The position numbers were made by a program, and so were the translations under genes. From positions 1 through 64,000 of the IMG/VR virus record IMGVR_UViG_3300005613_000035: 64,000 nucleotides of DNA; one strand, given 5' to 3'. This stretch comes from a virus. Position 1 is the first letter of the stretch, and each line of letters opens with the position of its first letter. This document shows, piece by piece, positions 1-9,140 of the stretch. The notes under the pieces were generated by a model. It made no database searches, had not been told where the DNA came from, and worked only from the letters and a program-made list of their open reading frames with translations.

Positions 1-1
1 A

Positions 2-697
2 AAACAAATGTTCAGACTCGATCCGAATGGAACCAAATATTGCCTTAAAATGGATGTAGAAAAATTTTATCCGTCTATCGATCACGTTATATTAAAACAA
101 ATTTTGGCCAAAAAAATTAAAGATCCAGACGTTTTGTGGTTGTTAGGAAAAATAATAGACTCTACTGATAGCGGTGTTCCTATTGGCAATTATTTAAGCC
201 AATATTTTGGCAATATCTATTTAAACAGTATGGATCATTGGATTAAAGAAAGTTTAAGGTGTCAATATTATATTCGATATTGTGATGATATGGTAATACT
301 GGCAGCAAATAAAAGTAAATTGCATGAAATTCGCAAAAAGATCGAAATTTATTTGATCAATAAATTAAATTTGACACTAAAATCTGATTGGCAAGTATTT
401 CCTGTGGGTATTCGTGGGATTGATTTTTTGGGATATAGGTTTTTCCCTGGATTTACATTGCTTAGAAAATCAACGGCGTTACAATTTAAGCGTAAAATGG
501 TGCGTCTAAAAACCCATTGGCAATATATGGAACCCATTAGCATTGTGAGCACGGTAATGAGTTATTATGGATGGATGAAGCATGCCAATTGCCTTAATTT
601 GTGGCATAGACATATTGATGAAAAGATCAAAAAGATTTTAGCACATGCGTGTGAAAAAGGTGGTTTTAATAATCCATTAGAAAAGAAACCTATATGA
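2..697 (+). CDS. Reverse transcriptase, DGR-type (5'-truncated by window edge)
   Basis: Motifs LKMDVEKFYPSIDH, GVPIGNYLSQYFGNIYL (DGR-type GN..SQ), YIRYCDD and IDFLGY. The frame is open to the window start. Confidence 0.88.
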   Translation, partial: KQMFRLDPNGTKYCLKMDVEKFYPSIDHVILKQILAKKIKDPDVLWLLGKIIDSTDSGVPIGNYLSQYFGNIYLNSMDHWIKESLRCQYYIRYCDDMVILAANKSKLHEIRKKIEIYLINKLNLTLKSDWQVFPVGIRGIDFLGYRFFPGFTLLRKSTALQFKRKMVRLKTHWQYMEPISIVSTVMSYYGWMKHANCLNLWHRHIDEKIKKILAHACEKGGFNNPLEKKPI

Positions 698-1014
698 CAA
701 TAGCATTAGCAGAAAAGCGAAAAAAATGTTTCTCGGACTTTGTTGCTGAACCTGCTGTATTGGATGGTGACAAGATTAAACTTGACTCTATTTTAAATCA
801 GGAGGTTGAAATTGTAGGATATCGTATTGGTGATACCCGTTATTCTAAAAACAAATCTGGAAAATATTTAACTTTGCAAATCAAAATAGGTTCAGAAGTT
901 AATATCGTATTTACTGGATCTGATGTATTAATAAAACAGATAGAAAAATATAAAGATGAAATTCCATTTTATACGACTATCAAAAAGATTAATAGATATT
1001 ATGCTTTAACATAG
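694..1014 (+). CDS. Small protein overlapping RT stop; possible OB-fold/SSB-like DGR-associated protein
   Basis: 4-nt overlap with the RT; beta-rich pattern with VFTGSDVLIKQI motif. Confidence 0.5.
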   Translation: MTIALAEKRKKCFSDFVAEPAVLDGDKIKLDSILNQEVEIVGYRIGDTRYSKNKSGKYLTLQIKIGSEVNIVFTGSDVLIKQIEKYKDEIPFYTTIKKINRYYALT

Positions 1015-1025
1015 GAGGCCTAAAC

Positions 1026-1517
1026 ATGAAAAATAAACAAATAATAGTTATATTATCGTTAGTGTTAGCAGCATTGTGTTTAATGTTTTATGCCCATATT
1101 GCCTTTGCAAAAACAGCGGAATCTAAGACATCTCCTCCAACTCTTCAGCAGATTGCACCAGGAACATATTACTACAATTACAATATTGAAGAGATAGAAA
1201 AAACACCGGAGGGTGGTAAGCCTGAAACGTGGTATCAGTATAGCTATGTTATCATTGAGGGCAAGCCGTCCAAGAAGAAAGTTCTTGATGCTATCGCTGA
1301 AGCTGAGTCCAGCACAACCACGGAAGTAGTGGAGGGCATTGCTGCAGAACGAACTACAGCTCAAGAAAAATTAGCTGAAATATCAGCTATGAATTACACA
1401 CAAATTGATTCTTATATTGAGAATGTTTTCGGGAGTCTCAACACTGCTCAAAAGGCGAGTTTGAAGGAGCTGTATAAATCTGTGCTGGCGCTGATTAAGC
1501 AATTGGATTTAGAGTAA
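1026..1517 (+). CDS. Hypothetical protein with N-terminal signal peptide
   Basis: RBS GGAGG; MKNKQIIVILSLVLAALCLMFYAHIAFA leader. Confidence 0.7.
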   Translation: MKNKQIIVILSLVLAALCLMFYAHIAFAKTAESKTSPPTLQQIAPGTYYYNYNIEEIEKTPEGGKPETWYQYSYVIIEGKPSKKKVLDAIAEAESSTTTEVVEGIAAERTTAQEKLAEISAMNYTQIDSYIENVFGSLNTAQKASLKELYKSVLALIKQLDLE

Positions 1518-1636
1518 AAAACAAGGCAAATTATGGAAATAACACCTGATTATGAGACGTTGGGTCATGAAATATCGTGTCTGTTAAGAGATAGAGATCG
1601 TGAAATTCAAACACTATACTATGAGGAAACCCTCAA

Positions 1637-1862
1637 ATGAAAAAACTAAATACTTTGCCGGGCTGATGACGGGACGTGCTGTGAATGGATTTCCGGCGAT
1701 TTGAAGGACGGGAATCATGAGTGGTATCTAACTGCATTTGATGATTATAGTAATGAGTCAATACCATCAGAAACGGTTTCTATTGTTATAGATAACGTAG
1801 CACCAAACCAACCAGAAAATATAAATATTACACTAAATATTAATATAACTATAAAGAATTAA
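1637..1862 (+). pseudogene. Frameshifted/deleted FN3-like secreted protein gene
   Basis: GAGG RBS and MKKL start close after 9 codons. The +1 frame reads ...DGNHEWYLTAFDDYSNESIPSETVSIVIDNVAPNQP, similar to the FN3 AxDxxGNES motif. Confidence 0.5.
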
Positions 1863-1878
1863 GAATTTAAATAATAAA

Positions 1879-2367
1879 ATGGGAAGAACAAGAAGAACAT
1901 GGAGTGAAGTAATTGAAACTATATTGAGTAGAATCGTAGTAGAACCTGAATCCAACTGTTGGGTTTGGCAAGGTGCAAAACGTAATGGTGGTTATGGTAA
2001 CATAAAACATAGAGGGAAGTCCATTGCTACACATAGAACAATTTGGGAATATTATAATGGTCCTATACCTGATGGCATTCATGTGTTACATAAATGTGAT
2101 AATCCACCTTGTTGCAATCCTGACCACCTGTTCCTTGGTACTCATACTGATAATGTTAGAGATATGGATAATAAAGGAAGGCGTAGGACAGTATGTACTT
2201 ATGGGGAACAACATTACAAAACATCATTAACTCTTAAAGAAGCAATGGCTATTAAAAAAGATTCAAGATTCCAAAGATTAATTGCAAAAGATTATAGAAT
2301 TAGTGAGAGTACAGTAAGTCATATTAAAAATGGGTACACATGGAAACAACTAAGTTGTGTTTCTTAA
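1879..2367 (+). CDS. HNH homing endonuclease
   Basis: CWVWQG, GYG, HR, VLHKCDNPPCCNPDHLFLGTHTDNVRD; C-terminal HTH-like segment. Confidence 0.92.
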   Translation: MGRTRRTWSEVIETILSRIVVEPESNCWVWQGAKRNGGYGNIKHRGKSIATHRTIWEYYNGPIPDGIHVLHKCDNPPCCNPDHLFLGTHTDNVRDMDNKGRRRTVCTYGEQHYKTSLTLKEAMAIKKDSRFQRLIAKDYRISESTVSHIKNGYTWKQLSCVS

Positions 2368-2494
2368 ACAATGGAAATATGATCGACAACACGGCCCCGG
2401 GTATGGTGATTGAATTGAGATTTAAGGGGACCCTTGACATTAATGTGAATTACAAATAAGATAAGATTAGCATTATTTTAGAAGGAGTGATTTA

Positions 2495-2827
2495 ATGGAT
2501 TGTCCAGATCCAGAATGCAGACTTGATTTGATTGAGCGGATTAACGGAAAAGTATCTAAGATGGTGCTTATTTCAGTAATGAGTGCAGTGCTTGCATTTG
2601 GCGGGGGATTTATTCTCTATGCAATGGCAGCTAATAAAAGTCAAACGAATAGTGTTGTAGAAAACAAGAGAGATATCACTATAATTCAAACTGATTTAAA
2701 GCATATCACAAAGGCACAAAACGAAATCAAGGCAACTGTTAAACGTATTGAAGAAAACCAGGTCACAAAAGAAATGATGCATGATATCATACAGGGGATG
2801 AGGGAAGGATCACAACATGGTAATTGA
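2495..2827 (+). CDS. Single-TM coiled-coil protein (holin/XhlA-like)
   Basis: One hydrophobic helix followed by a coiled coil; GGAG RBS. Confidence 0.55.
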   Translation: MDCPDPECRLDLIERINGKVSKMVLISVMSAVLAFGGGFILYAMAANKSQTNSVVENKRDITIIQTDLKHITKAQNEIKATVKRIEENQVTKEMMHDIIQGMREGSQHGN

Positions 2828-4193
2828 TGTAAATCCATTAATGATTAGTGCAAATGATTATTCAGGGACAGACAATGAAAGAATACAGAAGGCTATCAAT
2901 GATGCAGAGTCAATTGGTGGTACTGGGGATTCTGGTCTGATAGGCGGGAAAGTTCTAATACCTGCTGGTAAATGGTATGTTGAAAACTTACAAATAAAAG
3001 AGAGTATCATGTTAGAAGGGGAAGGTGATGGTACTATCTTGTATGGTATGGATAAGAATAAAAGTATTATTTCCATACATTCGGGTGGTGCTCATTATCC
3101 AACAGGAAAGACAACCATACAAAATATGGTATTAGCTTATCCTAACGGTGCAGAATATGGAGTTCCAACAATTTATGTTGCAGGATCTACAGACAAAACC
3201 CGACAATATAATGCCTTCTCAAAGTTTAATAATCTACAAATCCTAAACGCCAGTGTTGGTATACATTTTTATAGAGCAGCATTGTGGTCAGTAGAGGGTT
3301 GCAATTTTGGTGGGTTTTCAATGTATGGCATACACGTTGAAAATTACGCAAACTCTGATAATGGTGATCAAAGTATTTATGGATGTTGCAGATTTCACGG
3401 CAATCTTGGCTCTCTGGCGAGTGTGTTTTACGAATCTGGTGGAGGTCTTAAAATAATTGGGAATAAGTTTTATGGTAATGCAAAGAATAGCCTATGGTTA
3501 CATGGAGAAGAGAGGGCCGATGAAGGTGATAAAGGTAGTGGGGGACTTAATTCTTGGCTAGTAACTGGAAACAGTTTTGAAGGAACGCCTGAAACCGAGC
3601 ATAGTATTTTAATACAAAAGGTTGATTCTGTTATAAATGTTGGTACGATTACAGGGAATGAAATTCAGCATGGAATTTGTATTGACGGAAATCATCCTTC
3701 AGATGTTAGAAACATCCTTATATCAAGTAACAATATGGCAAGCTCCTCAAACAACAGAGTGCCCAAGTCAGCTATAGATATAAGGGGAGCAATGAGAATA
3801 ACTATAAGTTCAAACCACTTTGCACCTTCTGGATCAATAGATACAGGAATTACTATTGATAAAGCCAGCTCAAAAGAAATATCAGTTCTTTCAAATGCTT
3901 TCTTTGGATTTGCGGAAGATAAGAAAGTTGTGGGTTCAGTTGAACCTGTTTGGTGCAAGGGTGACATACTGATTGAAGGCATTTATAAAGCGAAAGGGCA
4001 GGCACCTGGATTCTGGTTAGAGGAAATTGGGGGTTCAGGCGCTTATTTTGTATTGAATCAGGATTGGTTTCAGGTACAACGACGAGCTTTAGGGTTCGGT
4101 GCTTACGAGACTTCACCTATTTTTATTAATATTAAAGCTCCAAGTGCTTCATTACATATTGGGGAGACGGGTCATATCGTAGAGGAGGAATAG
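2817..4193 (+). CDS. Right-handed beta-helix (pectate lyase-like) protein, possible depolymerase/tailspike
   Basis: DNERIQKAIN...GGKVLIPAGKWY...LEGEGDGTIL pectate_lyase_3-type start; repeated GN-x-F strands. Confidence 0.8.
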   Translation: MVIDVNPLMISANDYSGTDNERIQKAINDAESIGGTGDSGLIGGKVLIPAGKWYVENLQIKESIMLEGEGDGTILYGMDKNKSIISIHSGGAHYPTGKTTIQNMVLAYPNGAEYGVPTIYVAGSTDKTRQYNAFSKFNNLQILNASVGIHFYRAALWSVEGCNFGGFSMYGIHVENYANSDNGDQSIYGCCRFHGNLGSLASVFYESGGGLKIIGNKFYGNAKNSLWLHGEERADEGDKGSGGLNSWLVTGNSFEGTPETEHSILIQKVDSVINVGTITGNEIQHGICIDGNHPSDVRNILISSNNMASSSNNRVPKSAIDIRGAMRITISSNHFAPSGSIDTGITIDKASSKEISVLSNAFFGFAEDKKVVGSVEPVWCKGDILIEGIYKAKGQAPGFWLEEIGGSGAYFVLNQDWFQVQRRALGFGAYETSPIFINIKAPSASLHIGETGHIVEEE

Positions 4194-4194
4194 T

Positions 4195-4362
4195 ATGGAC
4201 TGGAAAAATACAATTGACGAAATGGTCCTGGGGTTAGCGATGATGGTTATTTCTTTAGCCGCTATTGTAGTTCTTGGCAAAGAAAGCGTGCCTATTGTAA
4301 CACCAGCAATAACTGCATATGGTATGTATTTAACAAATCGAAAAAAACCAAATGGGGAATAA
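4195..4362 (+). CDS. Small membrane protein, holin-like (55 aa, not in ORF track)
   Basis: MDWKNTIDEMVLGLAMMVISLAAIVVLGKESVPIVTPAITAYGMYLTNRKKPNGE; GGAGG RBS; basic C-terminus. Confidence 0.55.
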   Translation: MDWKNTIDEMVLGLAMMVISLAAIVVLGKESVPIVTPAITAYGMYLTNRKKPNGE

Positions 4363-4375
4363 AGGAGATAGTAAA

Positions 4376-4891
4376 ATGAAAAAATTATTTTCATTAGTGT
4401 TAGTTATGTTTTTTGTAGCTTGTGGTGGCTCTGGAGTTAGTATTTTAGATGATAAAATAAAAGTTTGTGATAATATTCCAGAGGGTAGTTATTCTGTAAT
4501 ATGTGACATTTCCGATGAAATAGGTAGGAGTCCTGAAGATGCTGCCAAGATTTTAAGAATGTCAAATATTGCCGGGTTAGCATCCAATGTTTATACTGCA
4601 CAGCAAGCATTAGATTTTATTAAAGGAATTAAAGGTGACTTACAGGAAGCACAGGGGCTTGAAGGTGGCTTGCTATACTCTGTTATGATTGAATATGTGA
4701 ATGAAAAATATAGTAAATTACCAGATAAAGTAAAACTTTCAATAGCTTTGGCAAGAGAATTTATAGATTTCGACATCAATCTTGTTCCTACTATAAATCT
4801 ACCATTGTCAGATTATGATTTTGAAATGCTTTACATGCATCTTGACGATCAGATTGCTATTGTATCACCGTTTTTGTTATTGATACTATAA
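4376..4891 (+). CDS. Lipoprotein
   Basis: MKKLFSLVLVMFFVA-C lipobox after an AGGAG RBS. Confidence 0.7.
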   Translation: MKKLFSLVLVMFFVACGGSGVSILDDKIKVCDNIPEGSYSVICDISDEIGRSPEDAAKILRMSNIAGLASNVYTAQQALDFIKGIKGDLQEAQGLEGGLLYSVMIEYVNEKYSKLPDKVKLSIALAREFIDFDINLVPTINLPLSDYDFEMLYMHLDDQIAIVSPFLLLIL

Positions 4892-4905
4892 AAGGAAGGT
4901 GAACA

Positions 4906-5211
4906 ATGAAGAGACTAATTTTAATAACTACTATCCTGCTTTTTCTTAGTTCATTTGTGTATGCTGAAAATTCATACAAAGTTATAACTGATACGGATAC
5001 TGTGGATGATATTAGTAATGTTGAGGTTGAAGTAACTACAACTACAGAAAAAAAGATGGTTCAAACGCTTTCTGATATTGATAGGCAGATAGCTAAACAA
5101 CAGGAAAGAATTCTGAAATTACAGAAAACCCTTGAGTACTATGAAGAATTGCGGTTAGATATTGAAGCTGAAGCTAAAAAGGTTAAGTTAAAAGCTAAAA
5201 ACCAGGAGTGA
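4906..5211 (+). CDS. Secreted/membrane-anchored coiled-coil protein
   Basis: Signal peptide ending VYA; C-terminal heptad repeats. Confidence 0.6.
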   Translation: MKRLILITTILLFLSSFVYAENSYKVITDTDTVDDISNVEVEVTTTTEKKMVQTLSDIDRQIAKQQERILKLQKTLEYYEELRLDIEAEAKKVKLKAKNQE

Positions 5212-5229
5212 TGCTAAAGGAAAAAATTC

Positions 5230-6723
5230 ATGATAGATAGTGTTAAAGAAAAGCTAAAAGGCAAGAAAGTAGCTATTTCAGGACATTGGGGAGAGCTTGG
5301 TTGGTTCTTACAATATTACCAACCTCATATGAGGTTTTCAAAGTTTAATAAGTATAAGGATTACGAATTTGTAATTGTTACGGATATGAATAAGCATCCT
5401 TTTATTGAAGACTTTGTAAGTTTTACAATAGGGATGCCGGATTGGTTTTATGATTTAGGACTTGATAGAGATTGTAATGAAGCGGTATTGCCAAATTCAG
5501 AACCTGGATCTTTAACACCTCCTAATGTGTATAGCAGTTTAATTCTTTTTATGAAAGAACTTTGTTCAGAATGTGAAGAATATGAAATGTTGATGCCGTT
5601 AAGAGGGTGTAGCTTCTTAAATAACTTTCAGGGAAAAACGTATTGCAAATATAATAAGGTTAAAGGTATTAGGTCTGACAGACCAATAATTGTTGTTATG
5701 CCTCGTAAGAGGGTGAGAGCACCAAATAGGAACGTACCTGAATTTATTTGGTATGAACTTGTAGAAAAACTTAAAGAAACCTTTTTAGTTATAATTGCTG
5801 GATCTCCTTCTGGAGCATGCCTTCAAAACTACGAGTCTGAAAATGTAGTAAATATTATAAATGTAAAGGACAATATTGAATTAACACTTAAGTACTTAAA
5901 ATCAGCAGTTTGTTCTGTATCGAGTCAGAGTGGTGGTACACATATTAGTTTACTTGCTGTCTGTCCTACATATATTATAGGGCATGAAAAGGATAGGCAC
6001 ACAGTTGAACTTAACAGATTTAATACACCAACTTCGTTTAGGCATGTTCTTGATTATAGAGCTATAGATGCTGATACTATAGTATTAGATTTGCAACAGT
6101 TTATTACAGCTCTTATGCATGAAGGTTGGGTACGAGATGAAATAAACAGACCTTCCTTAAGAACGTTAAGGGATAATAAAGATTTAGTGGGTGTTGAAAT
6201 AGGGGTAGATGCTGGACTTAATTCTTTAAACATGCTTGAAAGCTTGGATATAAAGAAGCTGTACTTGATAGATCCCTATGTATTATACAGAAATTTACTT
6301 AATATTGGTTGTAATGTTTCTGAAGAGCAATGTGTGAAGTTAGAAAAGGAAGCTCATGAACGTTTAAAAGGGTATGAGGATAAAATAGTTTGGGTTAGAG
6401 ATTTATCTGAGAATGCATATGATAAGTTGCCTGACGAACTTGACTTTGTGTATATAGACGGGAACCATAGATACGAGTATGTAAAAAGGGATTTAAAGCT
6501 ATACTATCCAAAAGTAAAGTGTGGTGGTTTAATAGGATGCCACGATTATGATTATCCAGAAACTAAGAAAGGTATTGATGAGTTCTTTGAAGGTTTAAAT
6601 TTAAAAGTTAATTGTATGCGTTGTTCTGATAATCATGATAGAATAGATGCTTGGGTTGTAAAGCCTACATCGTTTGATGAAATTATTATGGATGATGTTG
6701 TAAAACTTAAAGAGTTAATTTAA
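5230..6723 (+). CDS. GT-B (GT9-like) glycosyltransferase fused to class I SAM methyltransferase (Methyltransf_24-like)
   Basis: N-terminal GHWGELG, RNVPEFIW and SQSGGTHI; C-terminal VEIGVDAG, DFVYIDGNH and GGLIGCHDY. Confidence 0.75.
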   Translation: MIDSVKEKLKGKKVAISGHWGELGWFLQYYQPHMRFSKFNKYKDYEFVIVTDMNKHPFIEDFVSFTIGMPDWFYDLGLDRDCNEAVLPNSEPGSLTPPNVYSSLILFMKELCSECEEYEMLMPLRGCSFLNNFQGKTYCKYNKVKGIRSDRPIIVVMPRKRVRAPNRNVPEFIWYELVEKLKETFLVIIAGSPSGACLQNYESENVVNIINVKDNIELTLKYLKSAVCSVSSQSGGTHISLLAVCPTYIIGHEKDRHTVELNRFNTPTSFRHVLDYRAIDADTIVLDLQQFITALMHEGWVRDEINRPSLRTLRDNKDLVGVEIGVDAGLNSLNMLESLDIKKLYLIDPYVLYRNLLNIGCNVSEEQCVKLEKEAHERLKGYEDKIVWVRDLSENAYDKLPDELDFVYIDGNHRYEYVKRDLKLYYPKVKCGGLIGCHDYDYPETKKGIDEFFEGLNLKVNCMRCSDNHDRIDAWVVKPTSFDEIIMDDVVKLKELI

Positions 6724-6788
6724 TGGTTTATGTTCCTTACTGCCAATTAAATGAGAGAATTATCTAAAAGATATTTTGGGGAATTATA

Positions 6789-7388
6789 ATGATACTTCAT
6801 CCAGATTTTACATTTGTACATTTACAAAAAACTGGTGGTAGTTTTGTAGAGGACTTTTTACTAAATAATATTGTAGGCTGTAAGCAAGTTCTGCCGAGAC
6901 ATGTACCTGCAAGAGCTGCTCCTAAAGATATATTTAAGTTTGGTTGTGTTAGAAATCCTTTTGATTGGTATGTTTCTTTGTGGGCATCACATAAGGATGA
7001 GCCAGCCTTTTTTGAAGAAATTATGGATATGGATTTTAAGAAGTTTATGTATAAAACGTTTAATAAAAAATCTGGTATACTACATGATGTGGATTTTGAT
7101 GTATTAACTAATTTAAATATAGGTATGTATACTTATAGATACATGAGGAGTTTTTATTCTTTAGATGGTACATTTTTGTTGAATGCTGTTATAGATATGC
7201 CTTTTATTAAAGAAGGTTTGACAAGAGTTCTTGACTTAAATGAACAACAAATTAATAATTTGAATAGTAAAGCTAAAGTAAATACGTCAGATCATGATGA
7301 TTACAGAACTTATTATGATGACGAATTAATTAAGTTAGTTGAGGAGCGGGATATGTCTATCCTGGATCATTATAATTATGAATTTTAA
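6789..7388 (+). CDS. Sulfotransferase (Sulfotransfer_2-like)
   Basis: FVHLQKTGGS (5'-PSB loop) and VRNPFDWYVS (3'-PB motif). Confidence 0.85.
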   Translation: MILHPDFTFVHLQKTGGSFVEDFLLNNIVGCKQVLPRHVPARAAPKDIFKFGCVRNPFDWYVSLWASHKDEPAFFEEIMDMDFKKFMYKTFNKKSGILHDVDFDVLTNLNIGMYTYRYMRSFYSLDGTFLLNAVIDMPFIKEGLTRVLDLNEQQINNLNSKAKVNTSDHDDYRTYYDDELIKLVEERDMSILDHYNYEF

Positions 7389-8436
7389 AACAGACTGTAA
7401 GTTCTTTAAAGGCAATGTTCCGTGTATTCCAAATAAAAAGTATGATGTGCAATGTGATAATTGTATATATTATGCTCCAGTTGCATATAGAATTCTTATT
7501 ATTAAATTAGCAGCTATAGGTGATGTTATTAGAACAACACCAGTTTTAACAAGGCTTAGAAAATTATATCCAAATGCCTTAATATATTGGTTAACATCAA
7601 CACCTGATATATTACCAGATGAAGTTGATTATAAATTGGAATATTCTTATGAGAATATTCAAGTACTTAAGTCTATACAATTTGATTTATTACTTAATCT
7701 TGATAAATCTGGAGAAGCTTGTTCTGCTACTTATCAGATACCTTCATATAGTAAGCGTGGCTTTACATTGTTAGATGGTAAACCATATCCAATTAATAAA
7801 GCTGCTGAACATAAATATATAACTGGTATATTTGATAGTGTTAGTAAAGCAAACACTAAAAGTTATGTAGAAGAGATATTTGAAATATGTGAAATTGGGG
7901 AGTTTAATAATGAAGAGTATATATTAGACGTTGATACTAAAAATTGTATTGTATTACCATCCAAAAGTTTGGCTAAAGTTATTGGATTAAATACTGGCTG
8001 TAGTGATAGATGGAAATCAAGACTTTGGGATCTTGAAAATTGGGTAGAGTTGGCTGAGAAACTCATAGATAGAAAATATGAAGTTGTGCTGTTAGGTGGA
8101 GAAAATGAAAATATAAATAATAAGTATATTGCTAAAAAAAGTGGCGCAAAATATTTTGGCACGTTTCCAATTAAGGATTTCATTAGTATTGTTAATTTTT
8201 GTGATCTTGTAGTTTCACAAGTTACTTTAGTGGCACATATAGCAATTGCATTAAAGAAAAAATTAGTACTAATGAATAACATTTTTAATAAGCATGAGTT
8301 TTATTTGTATGGACGTGGTAAAATTATAGAACCTGATATTAACTGTAATTGTTTTTATTCTCCTGTATGTAAAAATGACTGTATGAAGTACATAACTGTG
8401 GCTACGGTATTACAAACTATAGGTGAATTGATGTGA
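7378..8436 (+). CDS. GT9 heptosyltransferase-like glycosyltransferase
   Basis: ILIIKLAAIGDVIRTTP, FDLLLNL, HIAIAL; Cys-rich ends. Confidence 0.88.
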   Translation: MNFKTDCKFFKGNVPCIPNKKYDVQCDNCIYYAPVAYRILIIKLAAIGDVIRTTPVLTRLRKLYPNALIYWLTSTPDILPDEVDYKLEYSYENIQVLKSIQFDLLLNLDKSGEACSATYQIPSYSKRGFTLLDGKPYPINKAAEHKYITGIFDSVSKANTKSYVEEIFEICEIGEFNNEEYILDVDTKNCIVLPSKSLAKVIGLNTGCSDRWKSRLWDLENWVELAEKLIDRKYEVVLLGGENENINNKYIAKKSGAKYFGTFPIKDFISIVNFCDLVVSQVTLVAHIAIALKKKLVLMNNIFNKHEFYLYGRGKIIEPDINCNCFYSPVCKNDCMKYITVATVLQTIGELM

Positions 8437-9140
8437 TATTTCATCCTGATTTTTTGTTTGGTCATTTGGAGAAAACTGGTGGTACATTTATAGAGAAATA
8501 TTTAACTACTAATATTCCTAAAGCTAAACATAAAAGAAAAGTAAATAGGCATGATTCATTCTATAATTGTATGCCAGATACAGATGTTTTGAAGTTTGGG
8601 TATATTAGAAATCCATATGATTGGTATGTGTCGTTTTGGGCATTCACACAGAAGCACAGAGTTTATAAATTTTTACTAAATAACTACAGTGGTAATAATG
8701 TAAATATGTTTATAGAAGATTTGTTTAAATCTGACAAAGCAATATGCTACAATACAGATACTGTATTAAAAAGTTCTACTGATATTTTAAGACCTTTTGA
8801 TTTATATGTTTCTAATAAGTTAGACATAGGGCTTCTTACCTATAGATATTTATACATATATTATCATCCTGATGTATTTAAGGATATACAGAACTATAAA
8901 AAGTATAAGATAGTAGATAAAGTATTACAGTTTGAGAATTTGCTGGAAGAATTTGTTACATTTTTTAAAGAGAACCTGTTTGAATTAGATGAAGATAAAA
9001 TATATAAATTGTATAGTATGAAAAAAATTAGAGTTACCAAGCACGATCATTATTCTAAATATTACACTAAAAAAACTATTGATTTAATACAACACAAAGA
9101 TAGAATAATTTTTAAGGAACACAATAATTATGAATTTTGA
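8433..9140 (+). CDS. Sulfotransferase (Sulfotransfer_2-like), paralog of 6789..7388
   Basis: HLEKTGGT, IRNPYDWYVS; shared HPDF start and NYEF end. Confidence 0.85.
   Translation: MIFHPDFLFGHLEKTGGTFIEKYLTTNIPKAKHKRKVNRHDSFYNCMPDTDVLKFGYIRNPYDWYVSFWAFTQKHRVYKFLLNNYSGNNVNMFIEDLFKSDKAICYNTDTVLKSSTDILRPFDLYVSNKLDIGLLTYRYLYIYYHPDVFKDIQNYKKYKIVDKVLQFENLLEEFVTFFKENLFELDEDKIYKLYSMKKIRVTKHDHYSKYYTKKTIDLIQHKDRIIFKEHNNYEF

Noticed and set aside
1862-2400. Group I intron around the HNH gene
   Set aside because: No recognisable P7/R-S core elements and too little flanking non-coding sequence.
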